A stretch of 53,237 bases of DNA, taken from positions 18,935 through 72,171 of the forward strand of contig MU053279.1 of assembly GCA_013239625.1 (NCBI GenBank), given 5' to 3'. The notes beneath the pieces were generated by a model. It did no database searches. It was given only the letters and a program-made list of their open reading frames with translations, and was not told the origin of the DNA. Within the stretch, counting starts at the first letter, position 1; the number at the start of each line of letters is the position of its first letter. Of this stretch, positions 1-11,947 are shown piece after piece. Position numbers and translations under genes: made by a program. The stretch is from Lama guanicoe. Its lineage: Eukaryota.

Positions 1-176
1 TACACTGTATAGCACAGGGAAATATACACAAAATGTTATGATAACTCACAGAGAACAAAATGTGACAATGAGTGTGTATATGTCCATGAATGACTGAAAA
101 ATTGTGCTGAACACTGGAATTTGACACAACATAGTAAAATGATTATAAATCAATAAAAAATGTTAAAAAAAAATAA
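1..176 (+). mobile_element. L1 3' UTR end with polyA signal and A-tail (camelid-type L1)
   Basis: tatagcacagggaaatatac...gtgtgtatatgtccatgaatgactgaaaaattgtgctgaacac...caataaaaaatgttaaaaaaaaa, a typical artiodactyl L1 3' terminus; truncated by the window edge. Confidence 0.85.
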
Positions 177-431
177 AGGATGTGGAGAAATTGGAAAAAA
201 ATCCTTTTAAATTTAAAAAGTCATTACATATTTAAAAAAAGAAACTTCAAAATTGAACTTATTTTTGATACTTAAGTTGGGGGCTACACGGCTTCAAACT
301 TACTCTAAATGAAACCAGTACTTTATGCTCCCAATTGACGGGATTCTACTAACAATGCTTTTAAATTGTTTGAAATACTTAGTCTTACTGGGTTTTAGAA
401 GTCTTGAAGCCTAATTCCCATTTTACCTTAC

Positions 432-2673
432 TTTTCTGCAGGTAGGCTGTTATAGAAATGGTGGGTGGTGATTTTAACTTTCACAGAATTCATCACCCGG
501 TGTTAAAACACACTGCATTTACGCCTTATCTGTTCCTGCAGTTTGTTGGGGTAGAGCACAAAGATTACTGCCAGACCTCCCTCTAATTATTTAAATCTAT
601 GGACCAGCTTCATAGCTTTACCTTCTCTTATGTTTCCCTCCTTTTCTTTGCACGTCAGCCTTCTTCCTCCTGTCAGGTATTTCTGGGATGGAGTTTTCTA
701 TGTTTCATTTTCCTTTCTTCTCCCACATAAGGAATAGAACTATAATTATATCTTGACTTTTACTGTTTGTGTTTTTTGACAACTGTTTTGTTCCTTTTAC
801 ATTCCTTACTTTTCCCAAATATGTTCATCTGTTAAATAATTTCCAGAAGTGTGATTTTGTTTGTGTTAATCATGCACTTTTCAACTTTTGCAGTAACAAA
901 ATAGATTTACCACTAAAATTCAACTGTATATTGTATTTACATTTTAGTACCCAATGGCTTTGTGCATTATTAAACTCACAGAATAGTCTTCTAGTTTATT
1001 TAGAGACTAAAGATTCTAAGAAAGATTTTTATATTCTTAGAAGACAAAAAAAAAAAAAAACCCGAAAAACAAAGCTATCGCCCTTGCTAAGCCATTCTTT
1101 TCTGACCTACCTTTAAATGTTGTAAGTGCTTAACCTACGCCTCTCTCTCTTCTATAACCACAAATTCCTCCAGGGAGTTCTCATTCTCACCCAAACTTTT
1201 GGTTTTTAATGCCATAATATAACCCAGTGATTCTCAAATCTCCATCAACAGACTTGACCTCTCCTTAGTGCTTGAGACTAAGCTGCTTATTTGACATCTC
1301 CGCTTGCTGTCATAAATCCAGCACAGTCAAAAGAGTACACTTAATATTAATGTTTTCCTTTCTCTATGCCTTTCAACCATCTTCCTCCTCTCAACAATAT
1401 ACTCAAATCCAAAAATCTTTGATTCCTCTTTTTCCCTTACCTCTCAAGCCCAATGCAATAACTATTCTGAACCCGAGTCCTTCTACTGCCTTGACTACCA
1501 CCCAGTTCAAGCTCTGTCATTTCTCATTTTCTCCATCCCTCTCTCCAATGCAGCAACCAGTACAAAAACTAGAAACATAAATGGTGTAACACACTTGTAT
1601 ACAACCACCCAGTAGCTCTCTATTGAACTTAAAATAAGACCCAAATCTCTTATCCTGGCCTGCAAAGCCCTTAATGATTTGGCCCTTGTCGATCTCTTTG
1701 TCCTCATATCATTTCACTTGCCCACTTCACCTGCTAGATTCCAACCAGGCTCTTTCTTATCTGGGAACAATCCATTCTCATTCTCACTTTAGAGTCATTG
1801 CACCATCTCTTCCATCTACAATAATCCTTCCTCCACACATCCAATGGCTGCTTCCTTCTGGCTATTCAATAGTCAGAGAGGCCTTCTATGACCAAACCAA
1901 TCTAATGGAGTCATCCTGCCATGTACCACCAACTTATCCTCCACAGTATGATCACTAACTGTTAACTAAATTCTTTTCTGTCTTCCTCCAGTAAAATAAA
2001 AGATACAGAAGGGGATGAACTCTGTCTCAACCACTGCTCTATCACCACAATTTGGGACATTTCTTAGCACATAGTAGGCACTCGACAAAGCTTTTATTAA
2101 ATGAATGAATTTAAAGAAGTGACTTTAAACATAACAAAACTATGAATTTCATGGCATTGATTTTTTTTCCTTTTCACAGAAAGTTATCACATTTACTAAA
2201 AGATCTCAAGTAAACATTTATTTTAGACAACTTTCATGGAAATCTGAGGCAGTAAAGAATATTAAAATGTTACATTACAATGCATAAACTATTCCAGAAT
2301 TTATAGTACTCTCAAACCCTACATGATATTACTTATGTATTATAAATTATTGCATTGTCAATAACTAAAATGCAGATAACCCATACCTCAATGTCTCTTT
2401 ACCTCATCTAAAGCATATTTTATCTTTCTCTGGATTTAAGGAATTTAATCTCAACTTTATGTGAATTTTGCTGGCAATGTGAGATATATCACCAAGGTCT
2501 GCTCCTATGGTTTGGTCTCCAATTTTTCTGGACCCCATCTGTCTCGCACTAAGACAGGTCACATTTTTCATCACATTATTCTTATAGGAAGTAGTACTTA
2601 TAGGAAGTAATCCTCCCTCCATTCTTCTGGCTTTCCCCCTCCATTTTTGTTTCAAACATTGTAAATGTAATTT
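432..2673 (-). pseudogene. Candidate decayed multi-exon gene (exon candidates 2673-2403, 1035-622, 535-432); product unidentified
   Basis: AG/GT-bounded minus-strand blocks (ttcttttag|...GAG|gtaaag; T15-gtcttctaag|...AAG|gtaaag; aactgcag|...AAA|gtaagg). Phase-1 junctions join as ...NPEKDKICFR*|EYKNLS*NL*SLNKLEDYS... and ...KYLTGGRRLTCKEKEGNIRE|GTDKA*MQCVLTPGDEFCES*. Several stops and frameshifts; no homologue recognised. Confidence 0.3.
1140..2110 (+). mobile_element. L2 LINE fragments including the 3' end
   Basis: ctgcttatttgacatctcc, aaaataagacccaaatctcttatcctggcc, and the terminal cacatagtaggcactc...aatgaatgaat typical of L2. Confidence 0.75.
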
Positions 2674-3528
2674 CTAAAAGAATATTTTGCCTAAGTCATC
2701 TTTCTGTCCAAACAAACAAACAGAAAAACCTATACTCTAATACTATTTCAGTAACTCTTCTCACAAAGACTTTGTGCCCCAGGTTAATCATATCTTCTTG
2801 AAATCTTCAACTTATAATTCAGAGGTTGCCAACCTGTGAGCCTGGGATTGTATATTATAAGAAAGAATAAGTGAAATCACCATATATTCCAGAAGCACTG
2901 TCTGATACTGAATCATTTACACACTGAAAATGTCTGTCTATGCATATGCAATTGCATATACTATGTTTAAATTTATTTGACTAATCAAATAAAACATTTT
3001 ATTTAAATATATAATAGTGTTTCTGAATTCATAATAGTATTTTAGTCATGTTTCATTTTCTCAGTAGACACCAAATATACAACTACTATGATGTTAAAGT
3101 CCTAAAAGTTTTTTGAAATTTAAAGGGGACTCAATATTTCAAGTTCTATTACATTCTATTTCATCAATTGACCTCACAATACAAATACTATGCTGCCAAT
3201 CCAGGTACCTCCCACACCAAAGCAATAGGCGGCACGCAAACAAATTAAACCACTGGGATTTGAGGGAGGGGGCTCATATTTTTTCTTACAAAAGCATGAC
3301 TTAGCCTATCCTGACTCACCCAGGAAAGCAAGTCAGCTTCATTTCAGGTGCACCCTTCTCTAGGTCATCCTGGGGCCAGTGGGGTGGTGACAAGAGTATG
3401 GAGCCTGCTGCAGGGAAGCCAGTGCTCTGAAGAAACATACAGAGGAGGAAAGACAGAGATGCCTGGAGAGGGGGTGCTGGCTATTTCAGGTAGGTTAGCC
3501 AGCAAAGTCTTTTTTGTGAAAACAGTAT

Positions 3529-4040
3529 TGTTATCGCATCCAAGCTCATACCACTTGCCCCACGACCAGTCGAGAGACAAGGTGCTGGGGCAAGGGATAG
3601 CAACTTTATTTGGAAAGCCAGCAGACTGAGAAGATGGTGGACTAGTGTCCCAAAGACCATCTTACCCGGGTTAGAATTCAGGCTTCTTTTATACTCAGAG
3701 GGAAGAGGGTATGACTGGTTGTTGCAAACTTCTTCGTGTTGGAATCCTTTGTTCTTCCAGCTGTCCAAGCAGGTCAGATCACAATGTTCTTGTAAACCTC
3801 CAACAAGACACATGTTATTTTCTATTCTGCAACTTCTTAATCTTTGTATGAATGGAAAAGTATTACACCCTCAAAGGCCAGAGACTTGAGAATGGGCTAC
3901 CTTGTATATCTAAAGCTCTAGGCAACATTCTTTTACAAAAAGTGCAGAACCAACATGACCAAGCCCAGGAAACAGAGCCCAGGGTTAGAGCTAAAGGAAC
4001 AGATCTCATATGGAGTCATATTTTTTCTTCCCCATCAACA
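3529..4040 (-). mobile_element. ERV1-type solo LTR (same family as 8228-8726)
   Basis: TG...CA ends; minus-strand AATAAA (tttatt ~3606) and TATA (ttttata ~3687); clearly similar to 8228-8726 over its length; no clean TSD seen. Confidence 0.8.
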
Positions 4041-4079
4041 TTCCCACATTTCAGTGACCTATGTAAAATGATTACACCC

Positions 4080-5090
4080 TGAACTTCCGGCTCCCCAGCC
4101 CTGATGCTCTGATGTGGTTGCCATGGAAACAGGGAGATTCAGTAGTTGTGAAGCAGCTCCAAGATCTGAGATAAGAGAAATAGGATGGAAAGCAGGTGAA
4201 CTGACACCGGTGATGCTGGTAAACTGGATCCTTGAGGCACATTTGCTCACGGAAACTGGGAGAAGGCAGCACCCTGGGGCGCCCAGAGGACAGCTCAGCC
4301 AGAGATGACAGCAAAGGAGGGCTTCTGGGCACTTTGGAAGATGGGGAGGCAAAAAGTGGAGTCCAGAGCTATCGAGGCACCTGACAGTTGAGAGAAATGC
4401 AATCCCACAGAGAAAGGAGGACAGGCTGTAAGACCAGACTGAGACTCTGCTTGCCTTTAAGGCATTTGCCAATTCCCACATGGCTCATGGTAGGATGCGG
4501 GGGAACATACAGAAAGCTGCCTCTAAGAGGATGAGATGCTGAGCTGAGGTTTTGGCTAAAAATGGTTGAAAACTTGTGTTTTCACAAGAAATTGAGCCTT
4601 TATAAAAAATTATAATAAGGACATGTTTGCCACTGGAAGCAGTGAATGGCTATGACCTAGGGTTAGGAGTGAACCAGCAATAAAGCCTTAGAAAGACCAA
4701 AATTCAACCTCAAACCAACTCAGTCTATGGATGGATTAAGGTAAATTGCCCCCAATTCAACAGCAGGTCAGAGCTAAAATAAAACCTCTCTAGGAGAAAA
4801 TGACATGGCCCAGAGTCTCCACTTGGTTTATACTGGTGTTCAAACATTTAATAAAAATAAATAAATAAAACTGAAGACCCTCAGGGAATTCCAGTGTACT
4901 AGCCCAAGAGAGGGGGAAAAAAACTAAACGAGAGGAACAGACTCTTGAGTGATATCAATATTGTAGTTTTTTAAATTTGGGTTTAAGAATTGTGATGATT
5001 TTTTTTGAGAAATTCAATCATATAGAACTATAGCAGTTCCAAAAGTTGAATTTTAGAGAAAAAGAAACATGAAAATTCTAGAACCAAGAC
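4080..5090 (+). mobile_element. Old L1M (L1MC/ME-like) 5' end fragment
   Basis: ggattaaggtaaattgcccc...aacctctctaggagaaaatgacatggcccagagtctccac resembles ancient L1M 5'-end consensus. Confidence 0.55.
4117..4130. promoter_or_regulatory. RFX X-box motif
   Basis: GTTGCCATGGAAAC, one mismatch to the palindromic GTTGCCATGGCAAC; ETS-like ACTTCCGG at 4083-4090. Motif only. Confidence 0.35.
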
Positions 5091-5840
5091 TATAACAGGA
5101 ATAAAGTACCCTGTCCATTTTTCTTTCTCATTATCTATCACCTCGGTTCAGAGGCCTTCCAGAGGATAATGCTGGGTGAGATTAATAAGCCAAGAAACCC
5201 CTGAGGCTGTTAAACCCCAGGATCTGTGACATTCTTCAGTCTTTGGGTCTGGGAGATAGACAGATTTTAGTCTTGGGCTGACTGTTACCCAGAAATAACT
5301 TCTCTTCAGTTCTTGTCCTGACCTCTGGCTGCGGACTAGTTAGTTAATTCACATAAATGTCAATAAATCAGTCAGACTTTAATGGAAGTGATGAAGTTAA
5401 TGAGATCTCCGAACATGCTGTGATTGGGTGAACAGTGCTTAGCACCATCCAAGTTACAGCCATTGAGACCAGGGGAGGCTGGCTTGAGATGTGCTGGGGT
5501 CTGCGTGGCCAGATCGTGGTCTCACCCTGTGGAGACAGCAGTTGGTGGTGTTTCTGTTTCCTGGCACAAGCAGATTTGGGCAGTACCCACCCCTCCACCC
5601 CAAGATCTCCTCTCTTGCCTTCTATTTAAAGGTGTGGGAATATGTGCCAAGTCAGAGACCTCTGTGTGGTAGAAACTTCCATTGACTCCCATTAAGTTAA
5701 TTTCTATCAAGTTAGAATGGCCCTTCAGGGCTCCACAAGAAATTTATTTTGCACATTAATAAATGGCCCTTAGGGCTCCACAAGAAATTTATTTTGCACA
5801 TTAATACCATGAATTTAGTTATTTGGTATCTCAACTCACA
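5091..5840 (+). mobile_element. Probable old LTR fragment
   Basis: tatttaaa TATA-like box ~5623, attaata polyA-like region, and an LTR-like end ...ttatttggtatctcaactcaca. Confidence 0.4.
5716..5806. repeat. 46/45-bp direct tandem duplication
   Basis: aatggccctt(c)agggctccacaagaaatttattttgcacattaata twice, differing by one base indel. Confidence 0.95.
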
Positions 5841-6269
5841 GCAGGTAAGAAACAGCAAACTAGCAAATGGGATTAAGCAACAGGGAGGTGATATGACGGC
5901 TTAATAAGAGACAATAAAAACAAACAAACATGCACACGTATACCCACAGCAGAAACAAGAATTCAAAAAAGCATCCGTTTTTGGCCTCTAATTATTGGAG
6001 CAAATCTCTATTCTGACTTCAATAAACCTTACATTTGCTTCCATGTTTCTTCACACTATCAAAATGCATGTTGATAATTATTGTATTGATTCATGATTAG
6101 AAGGTTAAGTAAAAATCAGTAGAGCATGCAATTAGAGTTGAGGGGGAAAAGTAATAGTCTAAAAGTTATCCTACCCCACCTGAAATAACACTTATCTGGG
6201 ACTTAACGCATAACAAGCATTATTTAGATGTTATCTGATGAAATGTAATGAATTCTCAAAATAATTCTT

Positions 6270-6390
6270 TGCTGCACCCATTTTACGGGTGGATACACTG
6301 AGGTAAAGAGAAATTAGTTAACTTGCTGAGAGTCCCATCCAATATGTGATGGAATCTGAATTTGGACACAAGCAGTCTTACTCTGGTCCT
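6270..6390 (-). mobile_element. MIR SINE fragment
   Basis: cccattttacgggtggatacactgagg...agttaacttgctgagagtc core. Confidence 0.7.
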
Positions 6391-6869
6391 CACTATAATC
6401 ACTACAACATGCAGAATTCCATCTTCACAATGGCTTCAGGCCACCAAGATTTTTACTTTATCATAAAAGTGATTCTACTGCTGTGAAGATTAAAGGCACT
6501 GAGATCCCAGGTATGTCTTCCAACATAATTTTAGCAAATACAGCCGGTGAGGTTCATGTTTGTTCTGTTCCCATGTGGCAGCAGCTCTTATGAGCTGGAT
6601 TAAATGTCGTAAATGGACCAATGTGGTAAATATTAATTAGAAAAGAAATTCAGCAGATAAACGAAAAGGATAGAAACAGAGGTCGTCAAATACTACTGTG
6701 CTGACATCATGAAACTCTTGACTACATGCTACTGGTTGCCCATTTATCTTGCATGCCTGATGACTTTTGCAGGAATGGCAAATATGTTTGGAATAGAATG
6801 CAGATGTGTGTTTAAGTGAAGAAATGTGGCATTAAATAATCCAGTTGGGCTGTAGGTTACAGAGGTAGA

Positions 6870-7640
6870 GGTATGGAGAGACTTGAATTGCTCCCAGCAC
6901 TATGATGTACAAGCTTTTGGGCAAATGGGCATCCTGTAGCCTCAGTTTCTTCATCTTTAAAACTCTGGGGTGCTTAGTGCTGTGGCAGGCACCAAGGATG
7001 TCCATACTCTGTCCACAGAACATGTGAATATATTACATTACCCAGCAAAGGGAAATTTGCAGGAGTGACTAAGGTGGTGAGCTTTGAGATGGGAAGACGA
7101 TCTTAGATTATCTGGGGACAATCAATACCACCAATGAGCCTTTAAAAACAGAGAGTGGTGGCAGAATCCAAAAGCAGACTTGAGTTGTGGCCAAAGGGGA
7201 GGTAGGGAGATTCTAAATCTGGGAGGCTCAGGACCAGCCATCAACCTGGAGGAAGGAGACTACACTCTGAATCATGGAATGGGGGTGGTTTCTAGATATT
7301 CAGAAAGACCCCAAAAGACAGCTGTCAAAGTAACAGGATCTCACTGCCTCAAGGAACTAAATTTTGCCAAGAACCTAAGTGAGCTTTGAAGTTGATTCAT
7401 CCCCAGATCTTCTTGCCAAGACCTTGATTACAGTCCAGAGACATCCATGCACAGAATGGTGTGATAATAAAGTTGTTGGGTTCTAAGCTTTTGTGTTTGT
7501 GCAAATTTGTTACAGCAGTAATGGGAAACTAACAGATGTCCTCCTCCTTAAAGAACTGTTGTGAGAATTAAATGAAGGATTCATGTATATTTCATTGGAC
7601 TGTGCCTGGCATAGTCTTTGTGCCTGGCACAGTAATAAAT
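6870..7640 (+). mobile_element. MIR SINE split by an MLT1 insertion
   Basis: gcctcagtttcttcatctttaaaa at ~6940 continues as ctgttgtgagaattaaatga...gtgcctggcatagt after 7540. Confidence 0.7.
6981..7533 (+). mobile_element. MLT1 (ERVL-MaLR) solo LTR
   Basis: tgtggcagg...aaggatgtcc...tgtgaatatattacatt...tttgagatgggaagacgatcttagattatctgg...aatttgttacagcagtaatgggaaactaaca. Confidence 0.85.
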
Positions 7641-7801
7641 CCTTTATCAACGTTCACCCCAATAATAGCTGTTTAGTTGAGAAGTGAGGTCAAATCCTAA
7701 AATATCTGGTATAGTGCCTAGCATATGGAAGATGCCTGATAGATGGTAATTATTATAATAAAGAGATGATTACTTATGAGCTATAAGAGAGCATGTGGCT
7801 C

Positions 7802-8941
7802 TATGAAGATAAATTTTAAGACCCCCAGTCCTTGAGAAACCGATGGTAAACATCAGTTAGATCCATTAAACTCTAACTTGCTTAGTAAATGACAAACTGC
7901 AACCTGCCTTCCCCAGTCAAGCTTTTGCTTTAATTGTTTTTATGAAAACGTGCATGTCTCCCAAGCATCACGTAGGCTGAACAGTAAGATATTTGCCCAA
8001 GTTGTTTTTCAGGGTCTGGGATCAGCTGTCCCCAGTTCACACTCAAGCCATTTAAGACTGGCTGAGACCACCAACTCTCCATGACCTTTTGACATCAGAG
8101 AGCCTAAAACTCCACCCTCAGAATGTGCTGACACCCCCATTTTTGAACATGCATCCCATGAAAATGCCTGTAGCTTAGTTGTGCCTTTGCAGAAGGATAA
8201 TTACCTCACCTTTTTCTTATCTCCAATTGTTACTGAGTCCAAACTTGTTCTGCTAGCTGCACGACAGGCTGATAAATCAGGAGACGAGGCGTTGGGGCAA
8301 GGAATAACAACTTTATTCAGAAATCCGGCAGACTGAGAAGATGGGGAACTCATGTCCTAGAGAATCATCTTCCCCAAATCAGAATTCAGGCTCCTTTTAT
8401 ACTGAAAAAGAAAGGGGGTGTGGGTGGTTCTTGCAAACTTCTTGGTGTCGGAATCCTTTGTCCTTGCAGCTGTCCACATAGGTCAGGTCAAGAAGACACA
8501 TGTTATTTTCTATTCTGCACCTTTTTAATCTCTAGATGAATGGGAAAGTGTTCTACCCTTAAAGGTCAGAGCCTTGAGAATGGGCTGTCCTGTGTATTTC
8601 GGGCTCTAGGCAACATTCTTTTACAAAAGGTGCAGAACCAGCCTGACTCAGCCCAGGAAACAGAGCCCAGGGTTAGAGCCAAAGGAACAGACCCAACACG
8701 GAGTCAGGTGTTTCTTCCCCATTACAGAATCACCTTTCCTCACGCTCCCCAAGCCTAAGGCCACCCTGCTTCTTTATCCCATAAACACTTGGAGCCCCTC
8801 ACCTTTGGGAAGGCAGATCTGAGACGTGTTCTCCCCTCCCCTCACTTAGCTGCCTTGTGTATAAATCCTTTCTCTGCTGCAGACGTTGGTGTCCAGCATT
8901 TGACTGGCTGCACGTCAGGCAAGTGGACCTTGTCAGGTTCA
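7802..8941 (+). mobile_element. ERV1-type solo LTR, interrupted by a second LTR
   Basis: 4-bp TSD GCTC (7798-7801 and 8942-8945); ta(tg)...ca ends; cataaa TATA-like box ~8780; polyA-like tataaa ~8860. Confidence 0.75.
8228..8726 (-). mobile_element. ERV1-type solo LTR nested in the 7802-8941 LTR
   Basis: TGTTA...TTACA inverted ends; flanks caat/gaat (4-bp TSD, one mismatch); the host reads ctccaat|cacctttcc across it; paralogous to 3529-4040. Confidence 0.85.
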
Positions 8942-9351
8942 GCTCCACTTGCTTCCTTGTTTTCATAGAGAATGGCTATTTACTGGACAGTGTACATTGG
9001 CTAAAAAGCAACCATAGGCTTAAAAAGATAAACTGAAAATAAAATTTTGTTGTACAGAAAAGTAATTTTGTCAGTGTTTCCATTGTTAGATTGCTCAAAA
9101 TAGAATGGATTTTTTTTTTTTAATAAAAAAGGTCAGATCTCTTTTTATGTCATGTTCAGGACTTCCCTGACCTTGAGATCTCTCTCCTGGAAGCTGCAGA
9201 TGCCCTTTCTTCTTGAAACATTTAAATGCATCCCCTTAATATGAGTACTAGGTGAATTCATGGAGGGGATCAGGGCAGGTGGGGGGGGCAGGCTGAACGG
9301 CAGAGTTCTGGTCTTCTCCAGCGGGTGTCACTCTATAAAAGCACAGCATTT

Positions 9352-9965
9352 TCTTATGAAAGTATAGTTGCTGTATAATATTATATAAGTTATAGGTGTA
9401 CAATATAGTGATTCACAATTTTCCATTTATAGTTATTATAAAATATTGACTTGATCCTCTGTGTGGTACAACCCATCCTTCGAGCTTATTTTATACCTAA
9501 TGGCTTGTACCTCCTCACTCCCATCCTTATCTTGCCCCTCCCCTCTGCTCTCTTCCCACTAGGAACCACTACTTGTTCTTTATTATCTGTGAGTCTGCTA
9601 CTTTTTTGTTATATTCTCTAATTTGTTGTACTTTTTAGATTCCACATATAAGGAACATCATACAGTATTTGTCTTTTTCGGTCTGACTTACTCACTTAGC
9701 ATAATACCCTCCAAGTCCATCCATGTCAGCTGCAAATGGTAAAACTGCATGTTTTTTTCATGGCTGAGTAGTATTCCATTGTGTACATATACCACATCTT
9801 CTTTATCCATTCGTCTGTTGATGGACACTCAGGTTGCTTCCATATCTTGGCAAATAACACTGTGAACATTGGGATGCTTGTATCTTTTTGAGTTAGTGTT
9901 TTTGAATATTTCGATATATACCCTGGAGTGGAATTGCTGGGTCCTATGCTAGGTCTATTTTTAGT
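9352..9965 (-). mobile_element. 5'-truncated L1 3' end
   Basis: ttagattccacatata, catggctgagtagtattccattgtgtacatataccacatcttctttatccattc, ggagtggaattgctgggtc. Confidence 0.9.
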
Positions 9966-10287
9966 GTGCGTTTTTGAATGTCAAGTCAACTAACATATCA
10001 GACCTGGGAACATCTGCCTTACAAGAGCTGAATGATTAAATCCTGTGATGGCTGAGCATCTTACCTAAAGTTGAAAAATCAAGATTTACAACATTCTTGT
10101 CAACAGGCACACTTTCAGCAGTTTTGCCACGCCTCACAATAACCAGAATGTCCGGGCCAGTTCTTGTGCACAATTTCTGATGCTTATTAGCTCGTGGAAG
10201 CAAGTATATTTAGACATAATACTATGTACATCACTAAGCAAAGATGAATCATAATTTAATTTAAATTGAAATTTTAATTGAAATTAC

Positions 10288-10410
10288 TTTGGTTCATCTG
10301 TCACGGTGGGGAGATATGTTTCACCTGCTGGCTGTGACCATTGTTTTTGCCTCCAACCTGGCTTGGAGGAATTATCGGGGGTTGAAACCAAGAGACCGGG
10401 TAAGATCCAC
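10288..10410 (-). other. Candidate exon (123 nt, phase 2-2, open)
   Basis: ataacag|GTGGATC...CCAAA|gtaatt; reads WILPGLLVSTPDNSSKPGWRQKQWSQPAGETYLPTVTDEP; the pyrimidine tract is weak. Confidence 0.25.
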
Positions 10411-11039
10411 CTGTTATATAACACCCTGTGCACACTCCCTGGGGTTTTGTGGCTGTTGTTAGTTTTTCTTTCATAACATGGATCATGTGTGCAAACAAAA
10501 CACTGTCTGTGGAATTTTCTAAAGGCCACCATCAGCAAAGAGGTGACTTGAATGAATGAACGCAGCAGGCAGACTGCATGCAGTCAGCTGGAAGACTGTG
10601 CAGACAGGACAAGGTGACGGATAAACATCCCTTGGAGAGATGACATGTGCCTGTTTTATAGATGAATGGGAGCTCCAGAAAAAAAAGCAACTTCTACTCT
10701 CAGATTATTAGTACCGTAATTTATATGTACGCGCTGTGAAGCAAACGTCTCTCTTAAATCATAGTTGGTAATTTCCTCAAGTAGGAAGCATATTTTAAGA
10801 TACGAAATATTCATACATTCTAACCCATTAGTCAGTGAAGGGAGCTTCAACATTGTCTACCTACTTAGCCTCCTGATAAGCAATGCCGTCTATAAAACTG
10901 TGCACACCCCGTATCCACACACATTAAAGTACATATGTGCTACTTATTTGTAATTGTTTGTGTATTTAAATCATGTACCAGTAACTCATTGTGTCATCCC
11001 TTGGTACAAAGAAATAGTACGAAGAAATGCCTGTATGTT

Positions 11040-11310
11040 CCGGGAGGTTACCACCCAGAATAGGAAAAATAGGTAATTATACTACACGAGAAAGAAGTTG
11101 CTGTCAAAAAAAAAGAAGTCTAAACAAAATTTCCAGGAGCACAAAGAATGGAAAGGCTTCCTATTAGGCTGGAATCTTCAATGAGAGTGCCATGAAATAG
11201 AGGGGAAAAAAAGGTACAGGGCTCTGAAAATCAAAGATAGGGAAGGGCATCCCAGAGGTAAGGAACAGCCTGTGCAAACGTGCAGAGGTTGGAAGAGCAT
11301 GAGTACCCTA
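11040..11310 (-). mobile_element. L2 fragment
   Basis: gggaagggcatcccagaggtaaggaacagcctgtgcaaa...gaggttggaagagcatg. Confidence 0.6.
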
Positions 11311-11501
11311 ATAGCCATGAAAAAATATTTTTGAAAACATCTCTAATCTACTTATTATCAAGCCACAATAAACTCACATAAAGTAATCATCTTTATTAAA
11401 TATATTAAACAAGACAGTTCTTTTTGAAAACTGAATTATATTAACTACGTAATTTTGAGCATCCACTCCAGGCTGGGATCTCTTTAACAAAATTCACTTC
11501 T

Positions 11502-11611
11502 TCTTTTTTCTTTTTTTTTTTTGGTTGAAGTCTAGTCAGTTTACAATGTTGTGTCAATTTCTGGCATACAGAATCATGTTTCAGTCATACATAGACACAC
11601 ACATATATTCC
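11502..11611 (-). mobile_element. Very short L1 3' insertion with TSD
   Basis: polyT then gttgaagtctagtcagtttacaatgttgtgtcaatttctgg; TSD caaaatt(c/t)ac(t/c)tct at 11488-11501 and 11612-11625. Confidence 0.85.
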
Positions 11612-11947
11612 CAAAATTTACCTCTGATATTTAGAACTTCTCCAAGACTGATATTATGATATCCTGTTTATGAATGAAAAATCAAACACAAACCATCAAT
11701 AAAACAAAAACGAGATTCAGATTAAGAGACTTGTTCAAAGCCCCACTTATTCTGGTACCTTTGGAGCTTAAATACAAGTCTTCTCCATGTTGAAGTGTTT
11801 AATCATTTTTAATGCTTCGTGTTGTTTCAAGAGGAAATTAGTGACCTACTTAAGAAAACAAACTTTTGGATGATGCTTTGAAGCAATATTTGACAGCAGT
11901 TTGGAAGAATATTCTATGTGTATCATTAGCCTATGGATTTTAATCAC

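Noticed and set aside
769..1116. 115-aa plus-strand ORF
   Set aside because: T-rich antisense reading of the putative decayed exon plus an A-run, with a non-ATG start.
3529..8726. Two same-family, same-orientation LTRs ~4.7 kb apart as the ends of one provirus
   Set aside because: The interval holds older L1M, MIR and MLT1 sequence with no gag/pol/env similarity. The second LTR has its own TSD inside another LTR, so these are independent solo LTRs.
9318..9341. CTCF-like ccagcgggtgtcac and TATAAAAG
   Set aside because: Two mismatches in the CTCF core and no supporting context; such matches are expected by chance in 53 kb.
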